Below, piece by piece: positions 25,417 to 35,782 of a stretch of 64,000 nt of DNA; position 1 is the stretch's first letter; the number at the start of each line of letters is the position of its first letter. Location: the IMG/VR virus record IMGVR_UViG_3300049182_000124; one strand, 5' to 3'. Both the position numbers and the translations under genes were made by a program. The notes below the pieces were generated by a model. The model worked only from the letters and a program-made list of their open reading frames with translations, searched no databases and was not told where the DNA came from. The DNA comes from a virus.

Positions 25417-27645
25417 GTGGCCAGCCCCATCCGCATCAGAATCGGCGCCAGCCTCGAGGCCAGCGTGGATAGGGCCTTCCAGTCCGCCGTCCAGAAGGCT
25501 GGGCAGGCCGAAAAGGCCATGCAGCGCCAGAAGCGAGAAACTGCCAGCGTTGCCGACCAAGAGGCGAAGCGCCAGCTCAAGGCACAGGAGCGGCTCAACA
25601 AGGTCGCCGAGACCCTCGACCGGCAGCGCTCCCGCGGTCTCTTCCAGCAGTACCGGGCCCAAGAGGCGGCGGCCGAGCGCGCTGCCAAGGTCCAAGAGCG
25701 CGCCACGGCGCGCGCTCACGCTGCCGAGCGGCGGGAGATCGACAAGACGTGGCGGGCGCTCGAACGCTCGCTCTCACAGGCACAGCGCAAGCGCGAGGCG
25801 GCAGACCGCCAGGCACAGCGGGTCTCGGCTCGCCAAGGGGAGAGCTTCGCGCGCCGCACCAGCCACCGCGCCAGCCGCTTTCTGATGCCGGAGGCGCCGC
25901 TCGGCCCGATGGCGCTGCGCGCGCTCGGTGGCGTTGCGCAGGGCGCGGGTATCGACTTCAGCATCGCCGGCGCCGTCGGACGCGTCGTCGACCTCGAGCA
26001 GACCGCCCAAGACCTCAGCAACTCAGGCTACCAGGCAGGAGCCACGGGAGCGAACGGAAAGCGCGTCGATCCCCGCGAACTCGTGGCCCAAGCGCGCTCA
26101 GTGGCCGGCACCTACGGCATGGACGCCGGGGACGTGATCGGTGGCCTCGTCCAGTACCAGAAGATCGCGGGCGACCTCGAGACGGGCCGTCAGAACCTCG
26201 CCCAGATGGCCGCTCTGGCCAAGGCGACGGGCACCAACCTGACCGACATGGCTGCGGCTACTGCCAACGTCTCGAACGGCCTGGGCGAAATCCCGAACAA
26301 GGCCGAGGCAATCGACTCGGTCATGCGCACCATCGCCGGGCAAGGCAAGCTCGGCGCCGTCGAGATCTCCGACATGGCGACGCACATGGCGCGCATCGCG
26401 GCCGCAGCGTCCAACTTCAGTGGCGACCGCGCGTCGAATATCTCGACGTTCGGTGCGCTGGCGCAGATCGCTAGAGCCGAGGGCGGAGCACCGAGCGCCG
26501 CGGAGGCGGCCCGCTCGATGGGCGGCTTCGCCAACACGTTCAAGAAGAGCGCACGCAACAAGGAGTTCCAGGCGATCGTCGGCAAGAGCGCCTTCACGGA
26601 CAAGAGCAATCAGTTCCTGCGCGGCCCGCTCGATCTCATCAAGGATGCTCTGCTCGCCACCAAGGGCGACCAGATCAAGATGAACAAGATCTTCATGGAC
26701 GTCGTCGGCGCCCGCACGATCACGGGTCTCACCAAGACGTTCACGGGCGCCGGCGGTGGCGCTGGCGGTATTGCAGCCGTCGACAAGCAACTCGAGCGCA
26801 TGCTCAAGGCGCAGATGTCGAAGGACGAGGTCAAGGACTCGGCCGCTCGCGCTGCTGCCACCACCAAATCGCGCGCGGCCCGCTTCCAGAACGCCTGGGA
26901 CAGCGTGGCCGACCAGACGATGTCTGAGCTACTGCCCTCCCTCGAGGACGCGAGCGACGGGATTCTCAAGTTCGCTAAGGTCGCGGGCGCTGTGGCGACT
27001 TGGATGGTCCAGAACCCCAAGTCCGCAATCGCCGGCGCCATCAGTGTTTCCATCGCGCGCGCCGGACTCGAGTCCGCTTTCCGGGCTGGCATTGAGCGCG
27101 TCATTCTTGGAGCCAACAACTCACGCGCTAGCAACGTGGGAAACATCGCCAGCGCTCTCGGCGGGGCCTTTACGATCGCCTCGATCGCAGCGTCCGTCAT
27201 TACGGTGGCGCAACTCTACGCCGAGAAGATGTACGACCAGTCCGGCAAGGACTTCTCGGAGGGCATCGACAAGTCCGCGCGCGCCGACGACCTAACCAAG
27301 CAGATCCAGCAAGCGATGGCCGCTGGCGACATGGCCAAGGCCGAAAAGCTTGCTGAAAAGCAGGTGCAGCTGCGCAAGGAGGGCGCGCAGAAGGTCGCCG
27401 ACAGTGAGAATTTCACCGGCATCGACAAGTACCTCGACCAGATGGCGCGCGGCGCGCTCGTCACCTTCGGGCAAGGCGACGTCGTGCGCAATTCTGACAA
27501 GGCCGTGGCCGAGCAGTTGCGACAGAACATCGTCGAGCTCCAAAACTCCAAGGCACTACTGGCCGAGATCAGGGACGCAATCCGTGAGTCCAAGCCGCCT
27601 GTTGGTGACGGAGCTGCACCTGGTGACGGGCGCGGGTCGCAGTAG
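25417..27645 (+). CDS. tail tape measure protein
   Basis: 742-aa Ala-rich helical ORF with TMP-like core (GKLGAVEISDMA); synteny. Confidence 0.9.
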   Translation: MASPIRIRIGASLEASVDRAFQSAVQKAGQAEKAMQRQKRETASVADQEAKRQLKAQERLNKVAETLDRQRSRGLFQQYRAQEAAAERAAKVQERATARAHAAERREIDKTWRALERSLSQAQRKREAADRQAQRVSARQGESFARRTSHRASRFLMPEAPLGPMALRALGGVAQGAGIDFSIAGAVGRVVDLEQTAQDLSNSGYQAGATGANGKRVDPRELVAQARSVAGTYGMDAGDVIGGLVQYQKIAGDLETGRQNLAQMAALAKATGTNLTDMAAATANVSNGLGEIPNKAEAIDSVMRTIAGQGKLGAVEISDMATHMARIAAAASNFSGDRASNISTFGALAQIARAEGGAPSAAEAARSMGGFANTFKKSARNKEFQAIVGKSAFTDKSNQFLRGPLDLIKDALLATKGDQIKMNKIFMDVVGARTITGLTKTFTGAGGGAGGIAAVDKQLERMLKAQMSKDEVKDSAARAAATTKSRAARFQNAWDSVADQTMSELLPSLEDASDGILKFAKVAGAVATWMVQNPKSAIAGAISVSIARAGLESAFRAGIERVILGANNSRASNVGNIASALGGAFTIASIAASVITVAQLYAEKMYDQSGKDFSEGIDKSARADDLTKQIQQAMAAGDMAKAEKLAEKQVQLRKEGAQKVADSENFTGIDKYLDQMARGALVTFGQGDVVRNSDKAVAEQLRQNIVELQNSKALLAEIRDAIRESKPPVGDGAAPGDGRGSQ

Positions 27646-27647
27646 TC

Positions 27648-28559
27648 ATGCCCGCCTTCGATAGCGCACAGCGCGCGAGCTTCAATGGGATCGCCTTCCC
27701 GGTGAAGACCATCTCGATCAAGGGCAAATATCGGCACGCCGACCACGAGTATCTGCGCGTGCCCGGCGCCGTCATCGAGAAGCTCGAGCGCTCCGTCTAC
27801 AGCATCGAGATGCAGGCGGTGTTCGACACGAACATCCGCGGCTACGGGCAGCTCTGGCCTAACGGCGTCCAGGCGCTGCGCGCGCTGTACGAAGCCGGTA
27901 CGACCGGGCCGCTCGTGGTGCCCACCATCGGAACACTGCCGGCCTTTCAGCCCGACTGGGACCAGAACATTGAGATCGCTAAGGTCCGCTCAGGCGAGAC
28001 CATCAAGCTGAGCTTCAAAGAGGATCAGACCCAGAAGTTTCTGCAGCTCGCGCTTGTCCAGACACAGCAGCAGTCGCTGGCCACGACGACGGGCAACCTC
28101 GCGACGGTGCTGGCGAGCCTGAATCCTCCACCTGAGGATCAGTCGCTATTCGATGGCATCGTGAGCAGCGCGAACAGCATTTTGGCCATCAAAGATCAGG
28201 CGGATCTTTACGGTGGACTGCTGTCCGTGAAGCTGCAGACGCTAACTTCGTTGTTCGACCAAGCCGATAAGCAGCTCGAATCACTGAAGGACCCCGCGAA
28301 CTTCGAAGCGCTCGATGCGTTCCTCGAGATGTGGAACGCGGCCGTCAGGATGGCCACGAATCTTGCCGATAGCCCACGCGGCCCGCGCTCGTACACGACG
28401 CCGCGACAGATGAGCGTCTCGGACATCGCGACCGCCATCTACGGGAGCAGCGAACGGGCCCCCGAAATCATGATGAACAACCGGTTTTCTGACCCGTTTG
28501 CCGTGCCAGCGGGTGAAAAAGTCATCTATTTCGAGGACGCGGGCCTGCTCGCGGCGTGA
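27648..28559 (+). CDS. Mu gpN/DNA-circularisation-like tail tube initiator with C-terminal LysM/tail-X-like motif
   Basis: RASFNGIAFPV N-terminus; SVSDIATAIYG...IMMNN..DPFAVPAG C-terminus. Confidence 0.85.
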   Translation: MPAFDSAQRASFNGIAFPVKTISIKGKYRHADHEYLRVPGAVIEKLERSVYSIEMQAVFDTNIRGYGQLWPNGVQALRALYEAGTTGPLVVPTIGTLPAFQPDWDQNIEIAKVRSGETIKLSFKEDQTQKFLQLALVQTQQQSLATTTGNLATVLASLNPPPEDQSLFDGIVSSANSILAIKDQADLYGGLLSVKLQTLTSLFDQADKQLESLKDPANFEALDAFLEMWNAAVRMATNLADSPRGPRSYTTPRQMSVSDIATAIYGSSERAPEIMMNNRFSDPFAVPAGEKVIYFEDAGLLAA

Positions 28560-28562
28560 TCC

Positions 28563-30002
28563 GTGGGGCACGCCGTCAACGAGGACCGATTCCGTCTGGT
28601 GGTCGACGGGAAGGACTGCCCGATCGCCTCGCGGTACAGCGCAGCCGCGGGCGTCTTCGATGTCCCATCGCAGTTCGACATGCAGGTCGGCCACAACGGC
28701 CTGCTGACGGAGCTGCTGCACAACTATTGCGAGTTCACGCCCTTCGAGCTGTACGTCAACGATGTGCAGGTCATGGTGGGCGACATCGACGAGCTCACGG
28801 GAGCCGGCGGCGATGGCACGGAGCTCAAGATCGATGGTCGCGACCGGCTCAAGTACATCGTCGACTGCGAAGTCGAAAACGACGAAGAGGTCAAGGACGT
28901 CACCTTTGCCGAGCTGACCGAGCTAGCGATGAAGCGCGTCGGTCTCGGCGACGTCTCGCTCGTCAGCGACAACTTGGCCAACCGGAAGGCCATCACCGGA
29001 AAGTTCAAAATCACCGAAACGGTGAAGCCAAACACCGAGGAGACCGACAGCGAGATCGCTCAGACCGTCGAGACTCGCACGCGCCTGGTGCACAAATCGC
29101 TCGAGCTCGAGGCAGGCTCGACCTGGTGGGACATCCTTATCCCGCAATACCGGCGCGGCGGGTTGTTCCTGTGGGCCGACGTTTTCGGCGGCTTCGTGCT
29201 GGCGCAACCGAACGGCAAGCAGTCGCCGCTTGGTCGGGTCCTTCGTCGCCGGAGTGGAAACGGTGAGTCCGGTGAGGTCACGATCCTGGGACAGCCGGAC
29301 TTCATGCGGTCGGCGAAGCCGCGCTACACCGCCGTACAGGTGCTCGGTCGCAAGGGATCAGGCGCCGACGGTCGCGGTACCGCCAAGAGCAAGCGCCTCG
29401 ACCAAGAGATGATCGCGCTGCTGAACCCGCTCGAGGCGGACCGCGCGAACGGTGGCAAGCGGCAGAAGGTCAAAACCTACCGGGACGACAAGGTCAAGAC
29501 GCCAGAGCAGGCAGACTTCTTGGCACTCCGGCAGCTGGCCGACAGCCGCCGCAATGGCTTCCGCCTCGTGTACACCGTCTCGGGACACACGTTTCAGTCG
29601 ATCACTGGCAGCGGTCGCCTCGTCTGGCAACCCGACACGGTGATGCATGTCGTTGACGACGAGCTTGGGATCGATGGGCCGATGTACGTCGACGACTGCA
29701 AATACTCGAAAGACGTCCGTGGCCGCACGCAGACGCGCGTGAGTCTGATGCGTTGCGAAGACCTGATCTTCGGCGAAGAAGACCTCCTCAACCCACCGCG
29801 CACGGCGAGCAAAAGGGGCCTCGTGCGGATCGGACGCACCGAAGTGTTCCGGCCCCAATGGGTCAAGGATCCGAACTGGGGCGGACTCCCGACACTGCGC
29901 GGCGTGCACCTCGACGACGATCCCAGCTTTTCAAATCGAGGGCAGGTTCCAACCGGAGGCACGGGCTTCGTGGTGGACAAGGGCCTTCGCAGGCGTCAGT
30001 GA
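28563..30002 (+). CDS. baseplate hub (Mu gp44/P-like)
   Basis: IDGRD, YTVSGH, VWQPDTVMHVVDDELGIDGPMYV. Confidence 0.85.
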   Translation: MGHAVNEDRFRLVVDGKDCPIASRYSAAAGVFDVPSQFDMQVGHNGLLTELLHNYCEFTPFELYVNDVQVMVGDIDELTGAGGDGTELKIDGRDRLKYIVDCEVENDEEVKDVTFAELTELAMKRVGLGDVSLVSDNLANRKAITGKFKITETVKPNTEETDSEIAQTVETRTRLVHKSLELEAGSTWWDILIPQYRRGGLFLWADVFGGFVLAQPNGKQSPLGRVLRRRSGNGESGEVTILGQPDFMRSAKPRYTAVQVLGRKGSGADGRGTAKSKRLDQEMIALLNPLEADRANGGKRQKVKTYRDDKVKTPEQADFLALRQLADSRRNGFRLVYTVSGHTFQSITGSGRLVWQPDTVMHVVDDELGIDGPMYVDDCKYSKDVRGRTQTRVSLMRCEDLIFGEEDLLNPPRTASKRGLVRIGRTEVFRPQWVKDPNWGGLPTLRGVHLDDDPSFSNRGQVPTGGTGFVVDKGLRRRQ

Positions 30003-30868
30003 TGGGCGGCTACGTCGGCATCACCTTCGAGCTGGGGCAGATCCAGTTCACCGAGTACGACGACCGGGACGTGCTTCGCGCGCAGCCTGACGGCCTGGGC
30101 GAGGCGCCGCGCGTCGGCAGCAAGCAGCTGCACCACACGCTGGGTTTCACCGCGCGAGCTCTCGATCCAGACACTGACAGCGACGGAAAAATCATCGAGG
30201 GCTCGGGCGGCCTGGCCCTCATCGGCAAGGATGGCATCGAGCGCTTCATCGTCCCGCTCGGGGATCCGCGCAATCTCGCGAAGCTCCCGATCCTAAAGAA
30301 GGGCGAGGCCATGATGTATGGCCCTGCTGGCAACTTTGCCCGCTGCCATGCAGACGGCTCGGTCAGCGTCTTCACGACGACCGATGGTACGCTCGACGGC
30401 AAGAGCGTTTTCTTTCAGGTTCGCCCCGATGGCTTCGTTCTCGTTGCGCCCTGGGGAAAACTCACGTTCGACGACGAAGGCTTTCACATGCTCCACAGTA
30501 GTGGGGCACGCATGGAAGCCGGAGCGATCGGCGGTCTACCCGACCCGCTCACGGACCTGATCGGCAGCTACTTCAAGATCGGCGCGGCATCGGTCGAGAT
30601 TGACGCCGCGCTGACAACCATCGGCGCGGCGGGCGGTGTCCCGGATTCAGCCGCGAAGTCCACGCCGGTCATCGCGGCGCTTGCTGCGATCGGCTCCGCG
30701 CTCAGTGCGATTCAGGCCGCGCTCGTGGCGATTCCGCCCGGTCTCACCGAGCCAGCGAAGACCGCGGCGGCGGGTCTCGTGACAACAGCTGGCGGCTTCG
30801 TCGTTCCAGCGGCCGCCGCGTGCGCCGCTTCTGCGGCAGCGGTCCCTTCGAGCACCACGGTCACCTGA
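30002..30868 (+). CDS. baseplate spike (Mu gp45-like)
   Basis: TGATG coupling; GFTARALDP, LKKGEAMMYG; follows hub. Confidence 0.75.
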   Translation: MGGYVGITFELGQIQFTEYDDRDVLRAQPDGLGEAPRVGSKQLHHTLGFTARALDPDTDSDGKIIEGSGGLALIGKDGIERFIVPLGDPRNLAKLPILKKGEAMMYGPAGNFARCHADGSVSVFTTTDGTLDGKSVFFQVRPDGFVLVAPWGKLTFDDEGFHMLHSSGARMEAGAIGGLPDPLTDLIGSYFKIGAASVEIDAALTTIGAAGGVPDSAAKSTPVIAALAAIGSALSAIQAALVAIPPGLTEPAKTAAAGLVTTAGGFVVPAAAACAASAAAVPSSTTVT

Positions 30869-30870
30869 CA

Positions 30871-31125
30871 ATGGCCTGCATTCCAGCACCGACTCTGCCT
30901 GAGCCGCCTTCGATCTTCCCGCTCACGCTCACGCCGCCAACGACTCCCGACCCGGGCTTTCAGGCTGCGTGGTGCTGCAAGCAACTCGCGTTCGAAATAC
31001 CGACACCGCCAATCCCGCTTCCGCCATTCACCGCGAACGCAGCGACGGCGGGGATCATCAAGGCTGCGATGGCGACGATTCAGGCCTACCTCGACGCGAG
31101 AAGCTTCGACTGCCCCCGAGAATGA
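30871..31125 (+). CDS. Pro/Cys-rich small baseplate-region protein
   Basis: MACIPAP...WCCK...FDCPRE, 84 aa. Confidence 0.6.
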   Translation: MACIPAPTLPEPPSIFPLTLTPPTTPDPGFQAAWCCKQLAFEIPTPPIPLPPFTANAATAGIIKAAMATIQAYLDARSFDCPRE

Positions 31126-31126
31126 C

Positions 31127-31570
31127 ATGGGTTTCGGATCCTCAGGTGCTGGCACAACTCCAGCCGGCTTCGATGCGCCTACGACGACCGAGGAGCGCCG
31201 ACTCACCAAGATCGCTGCCTACAAGGTCGATGGCGCGACCCTCGATTACGTGCGGGACGACGCTGGTCGACTCGTTGGCGAGCACCCGATCGATGCCAAG
31301 GTATTTCATCGGCTGAGAATCCGTGCGCGCTCGGTGCGCTCGGCGCCGGGCACGGGAAACGAGTCGGGCAACAGATTCTACGTCAACCCGTCTACGCTCG
31401 AAGCCGAGGTCCGCGACGACGTCAACCAGGCGCTCGGTGACATGCTCGCCTCCGGCGAGATCGCTGACCGTGGAATCGAGTTCGATCGCTCCGTGCCGAC
31501 TCGAACCGCCTACCGCTACCACTACGTGAACCTGAAGACAGGCAAGCGGCAGTTCGTGCCCTCCACCTGA
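31127..31570 (+). CDS. baseplate wedge/sheath initiator (Mu gp46/gp25-like)
   Basis: Synteny; EVRDDVNQALGDML pattern. Confidence 0.7.
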   Translation: MGFGSSGAGTTPAGFDAPTTTEERRLTKIAAYKVDGATLDYVRDDAGRLVGEHPIDAKVFHRLRIRARSVRSAPGTGNESGNRFYVNPSTLEAEVRDDVNQALGDMLASGEIADRGIEFDRSVPTRTAYRYHYVNLKTGKRQFVPST

Positions 31571-31571
31571 C

Positions 31572-33074
31572 ATGCCCACCGTCGACCAGCTCCCCGCGCC
31601 CATCCCGACCACGACGCGGGATCGCGAGATCGAGAAGATCAAGCGCAGCTATCTCGTGCGCGTGCCCGACGCGGACACGGGCGACAACTCCCCGGTCGAT
31701 ACCGACGCGCGCATGCTCGCTGACATGCTGATGCCGCTCTACGCTGCGGCGCGCATCAACAACGACCAGACGGTTCTCGAGAACGCCCGCGGCGAAGCGC
31801 TCGACGCATGGGCGGCACGCCATGGAGTCGAGCCGCGCCGGGAGGAGTTTGGGGCTTCTGGGGCCGTCATCTTTGCGGGCGGCGCCGGTGGCGCCACCAT
31901 CGCAGCCGACGACGAGATCAAGCACGAGGCATCGGGCGTGCGGTACAGCGTGCTGACGACTGACCACTACGTCCCCGGTGACCCCGTGAGCATAGTCGGC
32001 AAAGACACCGGCCCCGCGACGAATCTGCCAGCGGGCACACAGCTCAAGTGGACGTCTCCGCGGTCCGGTTGCAGCGACTACGCTCTCGTGGCCTCGGGTG
32101 GCCTAAGCGGAGGACGCGACAAGGAGAACGACGCCGAGTTCTACTCGCGCATCAAGAACGAGATCCAGACACGCGCCGCCTCTGGCAACGACGCCGAGTA
32201 TCAATTGGAAGCCGAGAAGACGCCTGGCGTGGCGATGCAGAAGTCGTTCACGTACCCGGGGATCTTGGGCTCGGGCACAACGTGCCTGGTCTTCACGATG
32301 CTTCCGGAGCACCCAGGCGGTTCCCGCGTTCCCAACAGCACACAGGTAGGCCTCGTTGAGGCGCACGTTGTCGGACAGTTCCCCGGCGACGACGGCGCGA
32401 TGTTTGGCTTGGTCGCCAGTGAGAACGCCGACGTCGTCTACGAAATGGACTTCGTCAACGGCTGGGCAGATCTCGCACCATGGCCGCGCTACTACGCCGT
32501 TGCGCCATCGAGTGGGCCAGGCGCCGTCAGGGTGACGGCCGCCACGAGCCCAACGTCTTTTACGCTTGGCACGTCCAATGGCATCTACACGGGCGCGCAG
32601 CAGCCCGTGGTCGGGCAAACCATCGGCTTCTACGACTCGCCCAACTTTACCTTTCGACACAAGCGGATCCTGAACGTGGCCGGCACGGGGCCCTGGGTCA
32701 TCACCTGCGACACCACCAACAACGCCAGCGACGCCAGCTACGCGCCTGTTGTCGGGCAACGCGCCTGCCCGTGGTCGGATTCACTCGACGCGCCCGTAGC
32801 CGGGGTGCTGGCCTACTTCGACACGCTGGGGCCCGGTGAACAGGTCTCGACCTTCTACGACGAGGGCACGCGACAGCGTCGACAGCCGCAGCCACCAGCG
32901 TTCTGGCCGCACCGGATCACGACACGAGGCTTGATTGATGCGATCACCTCGCCTGAGGTCGAGGACGTTGACGTCCTGGAGGGTGACGGCGTGACACCTT
33001 CGGTGGGAACTCCGGGCGTGCTCAGTCGGCTCCTGCAACTCCGCTGGTTGAGCGTTTTTCCGAAAACCATCTGA
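31572..33074 (+). CDS. baseplate J-like wedge protein (Mu gp47)
   Basis: ARGEALDAWA...G, ASGAV, GPATNLPAG, GGRDKENDAEFYSRI, SGNDAEY. Confidence 0.9.
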   Translation: MPTVDQLPAPIPTTTRDREIEKIKRSYLVRVPDADTGDNSPVDTDARMLADMLMPLYAAARINNDQTVLENARGEALDAWAARHGVEPRREEFGASGAVIFAGGAGGATIAADDEIKHEASGVRYSVLTTDHYVPGDPVSIVGKDTGPATNLPAGTQLKWTSPRSGCSDYALVASGGLSGGRDKENDAEFYSRIKNEIQTRAASGNDAEYQLEAEKTPGVAMQKSFTYPGILGSGTTCLVFTMLPEHPGGSRVPNSTQVGLVEAHVVGQFPGDDGAMFGLVASENADVVYEMDFVNGWADLAPWPRYYAVAPSSGPGAVRVTAATSPTSFTLGTSNGIYTGAQQPVVGQTIGFYDSPNFTFRHKRILNVAGTGPWVITCDTTNNASDASYAPVVGQRACPWSDSLDAPVAGVLAYFDTLGPGEQVSTFYDEGTRQRRQPQPPAFWPHRITTRGLIDAITSPEVEDVDVLEGDGVTPSVGTPGVLSRLLQLRWLSVFPKTI

Positions 33075-33077
33075 GCC

Positions 33078-33587
33078 ATGAGCGCCCCCGACTTCCTCGT
33101 ATTTGATGGCGGAACCGATGAGACCGGCACCGTCGTACCGCGTAGGCCTTCCACGGATGACCTCGGCGGCGACGAGAAGGTCGACGACGCTATCTTTCCG
33201 CCGGATGAGACCGAGCACCCGACGTCAGCAGGCTGGAACCAGCTCGTCAAGGTCGTGGCGGCACTCTCGCGGACCGCGCCAGCGTGCAAGCTCGAGGTTC
33301 GCTACAACGCTGGGGCGCCGTACATCGCGCGCGTGGCCGCGCTGAGCGGCAACGTTGCGCTCTCGACGTTCGGGACCCCGACTGACAACGGGACCGGCGA
33401 CGTCAGTATCACGTGGCCAGCGAACACGTTCCCGACACCCACGCTATCGCCGTCGGGCCTGACGCCGTTGTCGAGCTCGAGCGCATCGATTGACGGCCAC
33501 GTCGAAGAGATCACTAACGGCATACGCGTCCGCATGTTCTCGGGCGGCGCCGCCGCGGACATCCCGTTCACGATCGAGCTGAACTAG
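33078..33587 (+). CDS. hypothetical baseplate-associated protein
   Basis: 169-aa GC3-rich ORF inserted between J and gp48-like genes. Confidence 0.7.
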   Translation: MSAPDFLVFDGGTDETGTVVPRRPSTDDLGGDEKVDDAIFPPDETEHPTSAGWNQLVKVVAALSRTAPACKLEVRYNAGAPYIARVAALSGNVALSTFGTPTDNGTGDVSITWPANTFPTPTLSPSGLTPLSSSSASIDGHVEEITNGIRVRMFSGGAAADIPFTIELN

Positions 33588-33593
33588 GCGACC

Positions 33594-34532
33594 ATGCCGG
33601 TTTTCTCCGCCTTCACGCCATTCGGAGCGCTCCGCTTCTCGTCACGCCCTTCGCACGGTGAGCAGTTCTACCGCGAGATGGTGAAGTCGCTGGGTAGCGG
33701 CGCCAACTACTCCGACGACTTTGACAGCCTCGTAGCCGCCAGGCTCTATGCCTGGGCGATGGCGCTTGGGCGCTGCAAGTACGAGATCGAGCGACTCGGT
33801 CACCAATGGGACCCGCGCCGCGCGCTGGAGGGTCTGCCGGTGCTCGAGCGCGAACTCGGCATCGTTCCTGACCGGGGCGCAACCATCGCGCAGCGGCGCG
33901 CCGAAGTGGTGGTTGCGAGCCGCATCGCGCGCGGCGGCAACCGATCGAACGTCGAGGCGGTGCTCGGTGAGCTCTTCGGCGCTGACTTCGTTGCGTACGT
34001 CACCACACCGCCGGCCGATGCTGTGGTGTGGCCCGAGAATCCGCCCGACACGGGTGTTTACGACCGCCCCGGCTCGCCGCGCGCAGTCCTGCAGGCGCTC
34101 GATTCGGTCATTCACAACCACGCGCCCGTCGATGTGCGTTGCGAGCTCGTGGCCGGTGAGATCGGTAGCGTCAGGGCCGGGCGTCGGTTTGTGATCGACT
34201 CCGGCAACTACGCTCGGGTTGAGGCAGTCGAGATCGACAGCGTGAGTTCTGCAGGCGGCAATATCGTCATCACGGCAACCTTTACCCGTCCGCATACCAA
34301 GGGTGTGCTGCTCGCCACGGGGCGACAACCCAATCAGGCGACGAGCCGGCGCCACAACCTTTTCGTCATGTCCGCAACAGCTGCCGCAGATGCCAAGAAA
34401 CGCCGCCGCCTCCACAAGGCGGCGCACCGCTTGGTGCGCAGCATCAGCACATGGTCGGTTACGGACGGGTCCGGGCCATTCCTAGCCGGCGTTAGCCTGC
34501 CTGGTATCACCACGATCGGGGCACTGCCGTGA
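33594..34532 (+). CDS. baseplate wedge protein (Mu gp48/YmfQ/DUF2313-like)
   Basis: LPVLERELGI...TIAQRRAEV. Confidence 0.8.
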   Translation: MPVFSAFTPFGALRFSSRPSHGEQFYREMVKSLGSGANYSDDFDSLVAARLYAWAMALGRCKYEIERLGHQWDPRRALEGLPVLERELGIVPDRGATIAQRRAEVVVASRIARGGNRSNVEAVLGELFGADFVAYVTTPPADAVVWPENPPDTGVYDRPGSPRAVLQALDSVIHNHAPVDVRCELVAGEIGSVRAGRRFVIDSGNYARVEAVEIDSVSSAGGNIVITATFTRPHTKGVLLATGRQPNQATSRRHNLFVMSATAAADAKKRRRLHKAAHRLVRSISTWSVTDGSGPFLAGVSLPGITTIGALP

Positions 34533-35410
34533 CGATCGCTCGCAGGCGCAACCCCGGACTCTGGCTCGATATCGTCGCGGTTTCTGGTGCCGACTTCGAG
34601 CACTTCGACGCTAACCTTGCTGAGGCGGTCGACGGGCGCGGCGGAGCATATATCCTTGTTGAGGATCTGGAGTTCGGCGGCGCTGACCTGATCCTTGGCG
34701 ACAACCTCGAGGTTGGTAACGATTTGAGCGTGGGCGGCGACCTACAGGTGTCCGGCAACGCGATCATGGTCGGCGACCTCACGGTCGGCGTAGACGACAC
34801 CGACGTTTTCACGACCGAGGCTACGACATCGTTCTTGGGGCCCAGCACGTTCGCGCGCGAGGTCACGTTTGCCGATCTCGTGATTGCCGAAGCCGACTGG
34901 ACTTTCGAGCAAGACGTTGACGTGGGCGGCAACCTCGACGTTGGAGGCGACATCGCGCTGACGGGTAGCCTTACGGTGGGCGGTGGCCTGTACGTGGCTG
35001 GCTCTCTGGACGCTGACGGCAACTGCTACTTGGGCGGCGCGAGCGGAATCGTCGAAGTGCTAGGGACCACCACGATCCGTAAGCCAGTTAGCTTCGGCAA
35101 CGAGGGTAAGCTCCGTTGGCGACAACAGCTCGTCGCGACTGACGCGAATCAAACCTGCCTCGGAGCGCAAGTAGATTCGTTCATCTTACCCAACGGCGTT
35201 TTCACTGCTGCCCGGAGCGTCACAATCGACGACACTGGCGCCACGGATGGGATGCGAATCAACTTTCGCAGCCGTGACACGTCGTTTCTTCTCACCGTGA
35301 AGGACCCGGGTGGCAACAACCTGGACACGCTGGCTGGTGCCACGCTGCCATGGGGCTACGCTGAGCGGATCGGCGGCTCCTGGGTGTGGCAGCGCGGCGG
35401 CATCCCCTAG
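34529..35410 (+). CDS. tail fibre with 6-residue (L/V)xVGG beta repeats
   Basis: NLEVGNDLSVGGDLQVSG..., DVGGNLDVGGDIALTGSLTVGG; GTGA coupling to gp48-like gene. Confidence 0.75.
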   Translation: MTIARRRNPGLWLDIVAVSGADFEHFDANLAEAVDGRGGAYILVEDLEFGGADLILGDNLEVGNDLSVGGDLQVSGNAIMVGDLTVGVDDTDVFTTEATTSFLGPSTFAREVTFADLVIAEADWTFEQDVDVGGNLDVGGDIALTGSLTVGGGLYVAGSLDADGNCYLGGASGIVEVLGTTTIRKPVSFGNEGKLRWRQQLVATDANQTCLGAQVDSFILPNGVFTAARSVTIDDTGATDGMRINFRSRDTSFLLTVKDPGGNNLDTLAGATLPWGYAERIGGSWVWQRGGIP

Positions 35411-35772
35411 CCAGCATCACAGCAGTACATCACGAGCCTGTCGTCTCGGTAGCAGATACCCGATTGCACAATCGGCACATCGCACAAGAGGAACTGTCGC
35501 TTGCCCGTCGGACAGCGATCAGCGGCGCTCTCCAGGTCCACCGGTTTCACTTCCGTGCGACACGAGACATCGGGGCTCGACGCGACCTGATCGACCACCG
35601 CACACTGACACGCACTCCAGCCGGAGCCGTCCGACTTGCAGGTCTGCGTGGCCTCGCCGCCGGTCGCGCATGGGCAGACTTCAACCTTGCCCGCCTCGCA
35701 GACTGGTTCGTCGGCCACGTCAGCGGCACACCCCGATAGCAACACCAGCCCCGCGAGCAAGACTCTGAGCAT
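35407..35772 (-). CDS. Cys-rich lipoprotein (antisense moron)
   Basis: MLRVLLAGLVLLSG|C lipobox; CEAGKVEVCPC...CKSDGSGWSACQC repeat typical of myxobacterial lipoproteins. Confidence 0.8.
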   Translation of the reverse strand: MLRVLLAGLVLLSGCAADVADEPVCEAGKVEVCPCATGGEATQTCKSDGSGWSACQCAVVDQVASSPDVSCRTEVKPVDLESAADRCPTGKRQFLLCDVPIVQSGICYRDDRLVMYCCDAG

Positions 35773-35782
35773 GAGGCCCAGG

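Noticed and set aside
13964-34532. Transposable Mu-like prophage or tailocin/eCIS
   Set aside because: No transposase A/B in view; capsid, terminase, integrase and att are present, indicating a site-specific temperate phage
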